Source: Candidatus Omnitrophota bacterium
GTDB lineage: Bacteria > Omnitrophota > Gorgyraeia > Gygaellales > Profunditerraquicolaceae
DNA length: 64,000 bases
Direction of reading: 5' to 3'
Assembly (NCBI GenBank): GCA_026387335.1
Contig: JAPLLX010000003.1
Coordinates: 74,230 to 138,229, forward strand
Shown here: in pieces, positions 20,008 through 29,316 of the stretch
Numbering within the stretch: the stretch's first letter is position 1
Layout of the letters: every line of letters starts with the position of its first letter
Program-made: the position numbers and the translations under genes
The notes under the pieces: generated by a model
Told to the model about the DNA's origin: nothing
The model's database searches: none
What the model saw: only the letters and a program-made list of their open reading frames with translations

Positions 20008-22188
20008 CTACATCAACGGCTCAAGATTTAGCGCCGGATGCTTGACTTTTTCTAAGAAAGCCAGCAGCTCATCCGAACTAGTAGCAACTGTCTCATCCGC
20101 GATCTTTTCTAATAAGTCCGGCTGGCCGATTTCTTGGGCCCGCCTCTTTAACTTATCCCCTAAAAGCTCTTTTAACTCCTTGGGCATCCAAACTAAGCGC
20201 TCTAACCCGCCTTCGGCAGAAATAAACTTTTTACTTAAGATATAGAGCTTGCCTACGCCCAGGAACCCCGGAGTCTGCACCCCTCCTCCTACTGAACCGG
20301 CTAAAGTAGTAAAGCTCATTCCGGAAGGAGTCATACCGGAGAAATCGCGGTGCACGATCATCACTCCGTTGACTTCTGGGATTATCGCTAAGATACATTC
20401 AAAACATCCGCAGGAAGATTGCGGTGATTCCATAAGTGAATACATGCTGACCTTATCTATGCTCTTGTTGGATTTCTGCTTTACAAACTCGTTCACATTC
20501 TCCCACTGGCCTAATTTTGAATCAAGCGTAGCTCCCTTTGCTATAGGTTGGTTCGGGCCGGTAGGCGTGATCTCAAAAGAAGCTTTGGCGTCCAACCAGG
20601 AATAGGCTCCGCAAAGGCCAAGGCGTTCAGGAGTCACAATACATACATGATTAGGCGCAAAAGATTGGCACAATAAACAGGAATAATACGTATCCACGCT
20701 TTCATCGGTCATGCCGCTTATGCGCTCGTCGCGCTCATCAAATACTTTTTTCGCTCCCCCTAACAGCCTATCCACATCTTCCTGCTTGGTATAAAGCTTG
20801 ACCTGGATTTTATCCACGATAGCGCTATATTCCTGATGCAGCATCGCGTGTAAAATCACGCCGATATGCTTTAAGCGGAAGCCTTTGGCAAAGGCGTCTT
20901 GGCTTATTCTGATCCAATCCATATCCCGCTGGCCGACGTGCATCAAGCCCATGGCATAATTTACGAAACGGTGGATCTGCCTCTCTAAAATCGGCTCAAA
21001 ATCCTTTTGCATCTTACGGCCGTAAACATCAACAATAATCGCTAAAGGCAAGGATTTAACTCCCGCCGCTAACGCGTCAATATCCGGGCCGATTATCTCG
21101 ATCTTGCCGTCATCAACTTCATTCTCTTTTTTTGAGCTTAAAAATTCAAAAGCGCTGCTGGCCTTGCCTCCGAATTCTACCTGTAACTGCTCTTTTCTTA
21201 CGCGCTCACCTTCAAAAGCCGCGGCATAGGGAACCGGAACAGCCACTTGGGCCATCTTTACTTTAATTCCGCGGGTAAGCAGGCACTTGGAGGGAAGTTT
21301 CTTATAATCCTTTTCCGTAACCAAAGCCTCAAATAAAGTCGTCTCGATTTTGCCTAATTGCGGAACTTCTAAATCCGTAATAATCGGTAATCCGAAAGCT
21401 AAAGCGCCCAGGCCGGTAGCTACGATTACTTCATCCACATGCCCCAGGAGTAGAACAAACGCGGGCACGCGGTTACGGATATACTCCGCTATTCCTTCCC
21501 ATTGCCCGGGTTTAAATCCGCCGTAAATCAAGGGCGCGCGCACCGCAAAGTTAACCGCGTAAATCGCCGAGAGATAATCCTCTCCCAGCGGAACAATATA
21601 ATTATCTAAACCTAACTCTATTCCCTTATTTTCCAGCTGCTTCTGTAAAGTCTTTCCGTTGATATTGCCGACTAATAAACTCACGATACTCTTAGATTGA
21701 AAATCACGTATCAAGCTGACTGCCGCGTCTTCATCTTTGGCCGGGCCTAAAATTACCGCGATACCGGCTATTCTTCCGTCAACCAGCTGCAGGCCCAAAG
21801 AGCGCAGTATTTTATCCGGGATAAAACCGATTCCGTTCTTCGGATGCTCCTTATTCATTACCGCCAAGCCCGCTAAAATTTCTTCACAAAGCAACGTCGA
21901 GACGCCTTTATTCAAAATCCCGCCTAAATAAGGAATGACTAAGCCGGTTTTGGTAGCCACACCTTTACTTAAGGATTCAATTTCTTTGAGGGCCAAAGAT
22001 AAATCCCCTAATTTTTTGACTTCTATATTCAGAAGAGCGTTAATTAAAGGAAAATAATAATTAGTTTCCGGAAATTCAACCGCTGTATCTTTACCGGATT
22101 TCGCGATCGTCTTATCCAAAGATTCTCTTGTAAGATTCAATACCGCTGCCGCGCCCTTCTCTCCTAATTGCACTAAGACGTCTGACAT
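20008..22188 (-). CDS. acsB: Acetyl-CoA synthase subunit of CODH/ACS
   Basis: FPETNYYFP, FEGERVR, A-cluster ligands CLLCQSFAPNHVC, LCGA, SCGCFE. Confidence 0.96.
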   Translation of the reverse strand: MSDVLVQLGEKGAAAVLNLTRESLDKTIAKSGKDTAVEFPETNYYFPLINALLNIEVKKLGDLSLALKEIESLSKGVATKTGLVIPYLGGILNKGVSTLLCEEILAGLAVMNKEHPKNGIGFIPDKILRSLGLQLVDGRIAGIAVILGPAKDEDAAVSLIRDFQSKSIVSLLVGNINGKTLQKQLENKGIELGLDNYIVPLGEDYLSAIYAVNFAVRAPLIYGGFKPGQWEGIAEYIRNRVPAFVLLLGHVDEVIVATGLGALAFGLPIITDLEVPQLGKIETTLFEALVTEKDYKKLPSKCLLTRGIKVKMAQVAVPVPYAAAFEGERVRKEQLQVEFGGKASSAFEFLSSKKENEVDDGKIEIIGPDIDALAAGVKSLPLAIIVDVYGRKMQKDFEPILERQIHRFVNYAMGLMHVGQRDMDWIRISQDAFAKGFRLKHIGVILHAMLHQEYSAIVDKIQVKLYTKQEDVDRLLGGAKKVFDERDERISGMTDESVDTYYSCLLCQSFAPNHVCIVTPERLGLCGAYSWLDAKASFEITPTGPNQPIAKGATLDSKLGQWENVNEFVKQKSNKSIDKVSMYSLMESPQSSCGCFECILAIIPEVNGVMIVHRDFSGMTPSGMSFTTLAGSVGGGVQTPGFLGVGKLYILSKKFISAEGGLERLVWMPKELKELLGDKLKRRAQEIGQPDLLEKIADETVATSSDELLAFLEKVKHPALNLEPLM

Positions 22189-23042
22189 CTCTCTCCCTTC
22201 ATTTGGCTGATAATATGATCCACGAGCATCATACTGATTATTACGCTATCCTTAGCTACGACGCTTCCGCAGGCAAAAATATCCTTAACCGTAGTCCGCA
22301 GGAAACCGTCAACAACGATAATATCGTTCTCTACCCGCACATCCGTATTCTTTAGGAAATCTATGTTCGATTTATAATCATCTATAAATAAAACCGCGCA
22401 GGCAGAGATCACTTTCCCGCTGGCCAGCTTCACGGCCTGAATTTGCCCTTCTCCGATCACCTCGGCGGCTGCATCATTGATTATTTCCACATACTTAGGA
22501 GTTAGAGACGGATCAAAGACCTTACGGGTCAAAAACTTCACTTCTACGCCGTACTTTTCCGCGATTGCTTCCGCTATCCTTAAAGCAAAACTATTCCCTC
22601 CGGCTACGCAAACCGGCTCGGATATGTAACTCTTGAGGAATTCTTTGGTATCATCCAAGGTATATAACCGATAGGCCCCTGCTTTTCTTGCGCCGGGTAT
22701 ATCGGGCAATGTAGGACTTCTGCCAGAAGCAATAACCAATAAATCGTAGCTTAAGTTCCCCTTATCCTTAAAATAAAGCAGTTTTTTCTGGGTATTCAGG
22801 CTCCCGACCTTCTTGCCTTTTAGAAAATTGATATTTTGCTGCTGATAAAAATCTTCGCTGCAGAGAAATATATTATTTTCCGGCACGATCCCGCTGATCA
22901 GGTCAGCGAGCTTAAAATGGTCGTAGGGAGGGTAATTCTCCTCACTGATAAGGGTAATGTGGCAATCCTTATCTTTCTCCCTTAAACGCAGGGCTATATT
23001 GTGTCCGGAAACCGTAGCTCCGATAATGACTATATTATTCAT
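22173..23042 (-). CDS. FAD-dependent pyridine nucleotide-disulphide oxidoreductase-like protein, divergent and shortened
   Basis: IVIIG, YDLLVIASG, T...IFACG (NirB/rubredoxin reductase-like); dinucleotide-binding glycine motifs degenerate. Confidence 0.8.
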   Translation of the reverse strand: MNNIVIIGATVSGHNIALRLREKDKDCHITLISEENYPPYDHFKLADLISGIVPENNIFLCSEDFYQQQNINFLKGKKVGSLNTQKKLLYFKDKGNLSYDLLVIASGRSPTLPDIPGARKAGAYRLYTLDDTKEFLKSYISEPVCVAGGNSFALRIAEAIAEKYGVEVKFLTRKVFDPSLTPKYVEIINDAAAEVIGEGQIQAVKLASGKVISACAVLFIDDYKSNIDFLKNTDVRVENDIIVVDGFLRTTVKDIFACGSVVAKDSVIISMMLVDHIISQMKGERCQTS

Positions 23043-23908
23043 AGATTTGAAGCCTCTAAAACCCGCGGCACAACCTTATCCCAGCCGATAGGCATGATAT
23101 GGATGCCGTCGCACATAGGTTTTAATTTCTTGATCAGTCGCGAGGCTATATCAACGGATTGAGCGGTTTTATCCTTTGTTTCTTCCATCTCTTTTATCAA
23201 ATCATCCGGGACGCATACGCCGGCGACATTCTTATTCATATAGCGGGCCATGCCGGCTGATTTTAATAAAACAATTCCGGCCATAATTTTAGTCTTTAAG
23301 TGTTGGGTTTTATTCAGGAAATTTTCAAATACTTTCAGATCATAGACTGCCTGGGTCTGAAAAAATTCCGCGCCGGCGGCGATCTTTTTTTCCATCTTCA
23401 TTATCTGCGGCTCTAACGGATCTGCTCCCGGATTAACCACAGCGCCCATGCAGAATTTCGGCGGCTCGCCGATTAATTTGTTCCCTTTCATATCGGCTCC
23501 GGCCTGAAGCTTTTTAACTACTTCTAACAACTGCACTGAATCCAGGTCAAATACGGGTTTGGCTTCCGGATGGTCGCCTAACGCCGGATGGTCGCCGGTA
23601 AGGATTAAAAGATTTTCTATGCCTAATGCGGCGGCGGATAAAATATCCGACTGTAGGGCCAAGCGGTTGCGGTCGCGGCAGGTTAGCTGGTATATCGGTT
23701 CAAAACCGTGTTGTTTAAGCAGAAAACATACCGCTAAAGACCCCAGGCGCATTACCGAGCTCTGTAAGTCCGTGACATTGATGGCGTCAACTTTGGCCCG
23801 GATTAATTCCGCGTCTTCCAAAAGCTGTTTAGTCTCAATCCCCTTGGGCGGCCCGATCTCCAAGGTCACCACAAATTTACCAGATAGTAATTTTTCTTTG
23901 AATGTCAT
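23039..23908 (-). CDS. metF: Methylenetetrahydrofolate reductase (acetogen-type short MetF)
   Basis: EIGPPKG, NVTD, TCRDRNRLALQSD, LTGD, QTQAVYD. Confidence 0.93.
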   Translation of the reverse strand: MTFKEKLLSGKFVVTLEIGPPKGIETKQLLEDAELIRAKVDAINVTDLQSSVMRLGSLAVCFLLKQHGFEPIYQLTCRDRNRLALQSDILSAAALGIENLLILTGDHPALGDHPEAKPVFDLDSVQLLEVVKKLQAGADMKGNKLIGEPPKFCMGAVVNPGADPLEPQIMKMEKKIAAGAEFFQTQAVYDLKVFENFLNKTQHLKTKIMAGIVLLKSAGMARYMNKNVAGVCVPDDLIKEMEETKDKTAQSVDIASRLIKKLKPMCDGIHIMPIGWDKVVPRVLEASNL

Positions 23909-23912
23909 ATTC

Positions 23913-24758
23913 CTAGCGTTGCTGAGACTTAGCTGCCGCGACTAAATTCCGCATTAACATAGTTACAGTCAAGGGCCCGACGCCTCCGGGAACAGGCGTA
24001 ATGAATGAGGCGCGTTTTTCTGCTACTTCAAACTCTACATCCCCGACTATTTTTTCATTAACCCGGTTTATGCCTATATCTATAACCAGCGCGCCTTCTT
24101 TAATCCAATCGCCCTTGATTAATCCGGCTTTACCGACCGCGACCACCAAAACTTCAGCGCGCCTTACATGCTCTTCTAATTTTCCGGCCTTGCTTGTGCC
24201 GATATGCGCTACCGTGACTGTGGCAAATTTATCCAATAATAAAAGCGCTAAAGGCTTCCCCACTATCTCGCTATGGCCCACAATCACGACTTCTTTTCCG
24301 TATAAATCAATCCCGGTAGAAGTAATCAACTCCATAGCGCTGGCCGCGGTGCAAGGAATAAGTTTGGCCTTGCCGAATAAAATCTTTCCGATATTTGCCG
24401 GATGCATACCCTCAATATCTTTGTCCGCGGAAATGAACTGACTTATTTTTTTATAATCTATTGCTGGCGGAAGAGGCATCTGGATAATAATACCGTTGAC
24501 TGAATTATCGGAATTTAATTTACGCACAAATTCTATTAAAGCGTCTTCGGTGATATCCTGGGGCAGGTTTTGCAGACGGTATTCAATACCTAAATTTTCC
24601 GCGGCTTTACTTTGAGATTTAACATAAGCCAGGGCTCCGGGATTATCACCGACCAGAATACTGGCTAAAACCGGCTTATTTTTTAAAGCAGCCACCTCCA
24701 GCTTTATTCCTTCCTTTATCTTTTCGGCTAACGGCTTACCCTCTAATAATTTTGCCAA
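23913..24758 (-). CDS. folD: Methylene-THF dehydrogenase (FolD family)
   Basis: QMPLP, PCT, VGKP, DIGIN, TPVPGGVGPLT. Confidence 0.95.
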   Translation of the reverse strand: MAKLLEGKPLAEKIKEGIKLEVAALKNKPVLASILVGDNPGALAYVKSQSKAAENLGIEYRLQNLPQDITEDALIEFVRKLNSDNSVNGIIIQMPLPPAIDYKKISQFISADKDIEGMHPANIGKILFGKAKLIPCTAASAMELITSTGIDLYGKEVVIVGHSEIVGKPLALLLLDKFATVTVAHIGTSKAGKLEEHVRRAEVLVVAVGKAGLIKGDWIKEGALVIDIGINRVNEKIVGDVEFEVAEKRASFITPVPGGVGPLTVTMLMRNLVAAAKSQQR

Positions 24759-25296
24759 CTTTACCCTCCATATCTGTTCTGATCTTTTTAACCAGTTTGG
24801 CCTTTTGGCTTAATTCTTTGCGGATGGCCTTTTTAAGCTTTGTATCATTAAGCGCCTTTAAATTTATCTCAACATTAAAATAGGCGCTGGCAAAAGCGGA
24901 CTCTAAAAGTATAGCCGCTACTGCCACATCGCTGATTAAATTAATATTGCCTTTCTTGACTAATGGCGGGCAAAGCTTGATCCCTTCCAGCGCCAGCCGG
25001 GCCACCATAAAAGGCGTATTCAGCGCGTCGCGTAAATTCTTGCTTTTGTAGGCGATGACATCCAGATCAGTAAGTCTTAAGAATTCCATCCTTAAAATCT
25101 CGGATTTATCTAAAATATTATTTAACTCTTTTTCGTATTTGGCGTATTTAGGCTTCCCCAAAGTAAAATTAACCACCATACTGATCAAGGCCACTCCCAG
25201 CGCGGCATTAAAGGCAGCGGCTGAACCGCCTCCCGGCGCAGGCAGCCTGGCCGCTAAATCATCCAGGTATTTTTTAAGCGATTCGTCTTTATACAT
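24736..25296 (-). CDS. fchA: Cyclodeaminase/methenyl-THF cyclohydrolase (FTCD_C family)
   Basis: PAPGGGSAAA, GNINLISD, NVEINL; overlaps folD. Confidence 0.88.
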   Translation of the reverse strand: MYKDESLKKYLDDLAARLPAPGGGSAAAFNAALGVALISMVVNFTLGKPKYAKYEKELNNILDKSEILRMEFLRLTDLDVIAYKSKNLRDALNTPFMVARLALEGIKLCPPLVKKGNINLISDVAVAAILLESAFASAYFNVEINLKALNDTKLKKAIRKELSQKAKLVKKIRTDMEGKVGKIIRG

Positions 25297-25297
25297 T

Positions 25298-25678
25298 TTA
25301 GTAAGTAAACCTTTCGTTTAACTCAAACGCGTTTTTAATCAGCTCTATTTTCTCTTGAGCAGCGCAGGTATCTAACGCGACAACATCAAATCTGGCTTTC
25401 TTGTCCAAAAGATTCTTTTCTTTTAAATAAATTAAGGCGGCTTTGGAGATTTGTTTCTGCTTGGTTGCTGAGACCGCTTCCAAACCTGAGCCGAACTTTT
25501 CCGAGCTACGGCATTTTACTTCTATAAAACAAAGAACGTCTTGATCTTGCGCGATAATATCCACTTCCCCTAATTTCGTTTTGTAGTTGCGGCAGAGGAT
25601 CTTATATCCCTGATTCTCCAGGAACTTTTTGGCTTTTTCTTCCGCCTGAATCCCTAAATTTAAGCTCTCTTTAGTCAC
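25298..25678 (-). CDS. yraN: YraN family (UPF0102) endonuclease-like protein
   Basis: GEVDIIA, FIEVK, RFDVV, NAF; follows rnhB. Confidence 0.93.
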   Translation of the reverse strand: MTKESLNLGIQAEEKAKKFLENQGYKILCRNYKTKLGEVDIIAQDQDVLCFIEVKCRSSEKFGSGLEAVSATKQKQISKAALIYLKEKNLLDKKARFDVVALDTCAAQEKIELIKNAFELNERFTY

Positions 25679-26324
25679 AGGAAAAAGTCTTCCGGTGTAT
25701 CGGGCAAGCGCCTATTTTCCTAATTATTGCCCGGTGCCTTTCTGTGGGATACCCCTTATGCCGAGCAAATCCGTATTCCGGATAAATTGAATCATACTTA
25801 AGCATGATCCGGTCGCGGGTAACCTTAGCCAGTATGGAAGCGGAAGCTATACTCTTGGATTTGGTATCGCCTTTAATGATATCGGTAGAAGGCCAACATA
25901 AGTCCAGAGACATCTTCCCGTCCACAATCACATGGATACTGCGGGAAGCGGGATCCTCTATTTTTTCTAACAAAGAACCGACCGCCTTCTGCATAGCCTC
26001 GCGCGTAGCCCTTAAGATATTCACGCGGTCAATCCTCTTTTCGCTGACTACGCTTATGCCAAATATGGATTTATGGATAATTTCCCCGAATGCCTTCTCG
26101 CGGGAATTAAAGTTTAGTTTCTTAGAATCGTCTATGCGGTTTTTAAAACTCGTTGTCTTAAGCGCTACTGCTGCGGCTACTACCGGGCCGGCCAATGGAC
26201 CCCGGCCAGCCTCATCCACTCCGATAATTAAATCATAACCTTCTTTTTTAAGCAGGCGTTCGTAAGCGAGTAAATCCTTACTTCTTCTCCTGCTTGCTTT
26301 CAATCTTCGTGGCGCGCTTTCCAA
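25671..26324 (-). CDS. rnhB: Ribonuclease HII (start uncertain, overlaps rplS)
   Basis: [33 protein letters not shown]. Confidence 0.95.
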   Translation of the reverse strand: MESAPRRLKASRRRSKDLLAYERLLKKEGYDLIIGVDEAGRGPLAGPVVAAAVALKTTSFKNRIDDSKKLNFNSREKAFGEIIHKSIFGISVVSEKRIDRVNILRATREAMQKAVGSLLEKIEDPASRSIHVIVDGKMSLDLCWPSTDIIKGDTKSKSIASASILAKVTRDRIMLKYDSIYPEYGFARHKGYPTERHRAIIRKIGACPIHRKTFSCD

Positions 26325-26634
26325 CCTTGCCTCTTAAATAATAAAGCTTGGCCCTTTTGACTTGTCCGGAACGGATAACTTCAATACGTTCAATGGTCGG
26401 AGAATAGAGCGGAAATACGCGCTCAATACCCTCTCCGTAGGAAACTTTTCTGACGGTAAAATGCTCTCTTGCCCCTGAGCCTTCCCTGGAGATAACCACT
26501 CCCTCAAACGGATGCAGGCGCACCTTGTCCGGGCCTTCGGGGATTTTAGTCATTACTTTGACCGTATCTCCCACCCCGAACTTAGGCATATCTTTTTTAA
26601 TAAACTGTGCTTCAATAAGTTGCATTTTGTCCAT
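26278..26634 (-). CDS. rplS: 50S ribosomal protein L19
   Basis: [27 protein letters not shown]. Confidence 0.97.
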   Translation of the reverse strand: MDKMQLIEAQFIKKDMPKFGVGDTVKVMTKIPEGPDKVRLHPFEGVVISREGSGAREHFTVRKVSYGEGIERVFPLYSPTIERIEVIRSGQVKRAKLYYLRGKVGKRATKIESKQEKK

Positions 26635-26638
26635 TTAT

Positions 26639-27340
26639 TTAATTCTCCTTTCGCACATTTGATTTTAATAGATCCGGCCGTCTTGCTCGCGTCCTTTTTA
26701 ACGCTTCTTTATTTCTCCAGGCTTCTATTTTCTTATGATCCCCGGAAAGAAGGACTTCCGGCACGCTCATCTTACGAAAATTCGCTGGCCGGGTATAATG
26801 CGGATGTTCTAATAGATTACCCTCAAATGACTCAAAATTCAAGGAATTTTTATCCCCTAAGACCCCCGGAAGAAGCCGCACAACACTATCCACCAAAACC
26901 ATAGCCGCCAGTTCTCCTCCGGTAAGCACATAATCGCCTATGGATATCTCCTCATCCACCAATTTTTCCCGTACTCTCTCATCCACTCCCTCATAATGCC
27001 CGCAGATAAGAATTATGTGCTTCTCTTTTGAAATATTTTTAGCGATTTTTTGGGTAAGTTTTTCGCCTTGAGGGCATAATAAAATTACTTTTGACTTTTT
27101 ACCTTTTATTTTTGATTTGATATGCTCAACCGCCTTAAAAATCGGCTCCGGCTGCATAAGCATACCTGAACCGCCTCCAAAAGGCCGGTCATCAACCTTA
27201 CGGTGCTTATCCGAGGTATAATCCCTTAAATCATGAATATGAAATTTAACCTTACCTTTATCTTGAGCCCGCAGCATAATGGATTCATTCAGCACAGGCG
27301 CAAACATTTTAGGAAATATAGTAATTATATCTATCCTCAT
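26639..27340 (-). CDS. trmD: tRNA (guanine37-N1)-methyltransferase
   Basis: [34 protein letters not shown]. Confidence 0.97.
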   Translation of the reverse strand: MRIDIITIFPKMFAPVLNESIMLRAQDKGKVKFHIHDLRDYTSDKHRKVDDRPFGGGSGMLMQPEPIFKAVEHIKSKIKGKKSKVILLCPQGEKLTQKIAKNISKEKHIILICGHYEGVDERVREKLVDEEISIGDYVLTGGELAAMVLVDSVVRLLPGVLGDKNSLNFESFEGNLLEHPHYTRPANFRKMSVPEVLLSGDHKKIEAWRNKEALKRTRARRPDLLKSNVRKEN

Positions 27341-28473
27341 ATTGCCTGTCCTTTGGCGTATTCCAGCAAAAATTCTTTTTTAAACTCGCTGAATTGATTA
27401 TCTTTAATCGCTTCCCGTATCTTACGGGCCAAATCTAAAAAGAAATATACGTTATGTAAAGAAAGCAAGGTCAAACCCAACATCTCCTGAGCGTTAAATA
27501 AGTGCCGCAGATAGGCCCGGCTAAAATTCCGGCAGCAATAGCAGCCACATTTTTCATCCAAAGCCTTAAAATCATCGGCAAATTGGGCGTTGCGGATGAT
27601 AATCTTCCCGCGGCTGGTAAACCCTGTCCCATTCCTGCCGTAACGGGTGGGAACAACGCAATCAAACATATCAATCCCCCGCTCCACCGCCTCAATTATA
27701 TCCGGCGGATAACCTATACCCATGGCATAGCGCGGTTTTTCAACGGGCAGAAAATTAGCTGTGTATTCTAATATATTATATATTAAATCGCTGGGTTCGC
27801 CAACTGAAACTCCGCCTATGCTAAAACCGTCAAAATCAATATCAATCAATTCTTTAGCGCATTCAGAACGCAGATCCTCATAAGTCGCTCCCTGCACAAT
27901 GCCGAATAACACCTGCTTCTTGGTCGGGCCATGTTTCTTATGCTCCTTAAAATGTTTATACGAACGCTTGGCCCAGCTGATTGTGCGTTTCATGGCGATT
28001 TCCGCGTGGTCCTTAGTACAAGGATAATGCACGCATTCATCCAACGGCATCATTATATCCGAACCTAAGTCTTGCTGAATATCAATTACGTCTTCAGGGG
28101 TCAGGAAATGCTTAAAACCGTCTATGTGCGACTGAAATTCAACTCCCTTGTCGCTTAACTTTCTTAGAAGCGCTAAACTAAAGACCTGATAACCGCCGCT
28201 ATCCGTAAGAATGGGTTTTTTCCAGGAGATAAACTTATGCAAGCCGCCGGCTTTCCGGATAATATCCATTCCCGGACGCAAGAATAAATGATAAGTATTA
28301 GAGAGCATGATTTCCGCGCCTGCCTCTTCCACATCCTTAGGATAAAGGCCCTTAATGGTAGCATGCGTCCCTACAGGCATAAAAGCCGGCGTATTAATTA
28401 CCCCATGCTCTGTAGTAATCCTGCCCAACCTGGCTTTGCTCTTCTTATCTTGCTGAATTAATTCAAACATCAT
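27337..28473 (-). CDS. tgt: Queuine tRNA-ribosyltransferase
   Basis: [32 protein letters not shown] zinc site. Confidence 0.97.
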   Translation of the reverse strand: MMFELIQQDKKSKARLGRITTEHGVINTPAFMPVGTHATIKGLYPKDVEEAGAEIMLSNTYHLFLRPGMDIIRKAGGLHKFISWKKPILTDSGGYQVFSLALLRKLSDKGVEFQSHIDGFKHFLTPEDVIDIQQDLGSDIMMPLDECVHYPCTKDHAEIAMKRTISWAKRSYKHFKEHKKHGPTKKQVLFGIVQGATYEDLRSECAKELIDIDFDGFSIGGVSVGEPSDLIYNILEYTANFLPVEKPRYAMGIGYPPDIIEAVERGIDMFDCVVPTRYGRNGTGFTSRGKIIIRNAQFADDFKALDEKCGCYCCRNFSRAYLRHLFNAQEMLGLTLLSLHNVYFFLDLARKIREAIKDNQFSEFKKEFLLEYAKGQAI

Positions 28474-28475
28474 TA

Positions 28476-28512
28476 GTCATTGCGAGTCCGCCGTAGGCGG
28501 ACGAAGCAATCT
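28476..28512 (+). repeat. REP-like hairpin GTCATTGCGAG-TCCGCCGTAGGCGGA-CGAAGCAATCT
   Basis: Inner stem GTCCGCC/GGCGGAC and outer ATTGC/GCAAT separated by a GA/GA internal loop; resembles the widespread GTCATTGCGAG...CGAAGCAATC palindromic elements. Confidence 0.75.
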
Positions 28513-28537
28513 CTGCGTTGTTATGCTACGTTTATCC

Positions 28538-28676
28538 TTTAAGGTCACAATTTGTGACCTTAAACAATACGCCTTGTTATCTAAAATCTTGAAGTCACAA
28601 TTTGTGACTTCAAACAAATACGCTTAGAGTATACCTTGTTACCTGGAATCTTGAAATCACAAATTGTGATTTCAAG
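28538..28676. repeat. Array of three perfect 25-27 bp palindromes in degenerate 50/62-bp tandem units
   Basis: TTTAAGGTCACAA-T-TTGTGACCTTAAA (28538-28564), TTGAAGTCACAA-T-TTGTGACTTCAA (28589-28613), CTTGAAATCACAA-A-TTGTGATTTCAAG (28650-28676). Confidence 0.92.
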
Positions 28677-28736
28677 TAATAAGCCCTGCTTAGAAACAAG
28701 TCAAGTCATACGCTATACAAATCCGAACCGTCCCCT

Positions 28737-29312
28737 TTATGTAAATTCAATTTCGTATTTCGCCTTAAATTTTTCAAACCAATCGAGAAGGTCTCTACAG
28801 AAATATGAAATGATTAAACCGAATTTTAGTTTAAATTTTGTAAACTTATGAGAACCCTGCGATCCAAAATTTTCTATATTTATATTAAGTAAATTTAGAA
28901 TGAAAGAATCCACTAAGACAGAAAACGTTAACATTTTTGCTCCTTTTTCCATAATCTCCCAATCACTTTTAATCGCCTTGTAATATTGGGCATACCGAAT
29001 TACTATAATATTATGTACACCCTTAAGACCCTCTTCTGAAATGTCTGGGTGCCGAGCAGGATTATATATTGCTTTATGCATACCATCTAAAACTATTTTA
29101 ATATTTTCTTCCCCAAGGTAAGCAAATATTCTTTGAAAACAATAAGTTAGAAGAAATACCCAAAGATAAAAAAGTTCCCATTCAATTCTTTTATCATCTT
29201 GCAATATCTTTTCTTCTTTTATGACTTCTCCCCAAGCTGATGATGAAAATTTACTTATCGCTTCTTTGCAAAATGTCTCTACAAATATTTCATAAGGTAT
29301 GGATTGTGACAT
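28737..29312 (-). CDS. Hypothetical protein (AT-rich island)
   Basis: 191-aa ORF, 4 nt downstream of the preceding gene; no family recognised. Confidence 0.75.
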   Translation of the reverse strand: MSQSIPYEIFVETFCKEAISKFSSSAWGEVIKEEKILQDDKRIEWELFYLWVFLLTYCFQRIFAYLGEENIKIVLDGMHKAIYNPARHPDISEEGLKGVHNIIVIRYAQYYKAIKSDWEIMEKGAKMLTFSVLVDSFILNLLNINIENFGSQGSHKFTKFKLKFGLIISYFCRDLLDWFEKFKAKYEIEFT

Positions 29313-29316
29313 TTAT

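Noticed and set aside
28538-28676. CRISPR mini-array interpretation of the palindrome repeats
   Set aside because: Repeats differ from each other, the intervening sequences are mutually similar, loops are only 1 nt, and there are no cas genes in the window
28636-28851. Plus-strand 71-aa ORF containing LKSQIVISS
   Set aside because: The motif is just the translation of palindrome 3; the rest is antisense to ORF 28737 and has no ORF6N-like context
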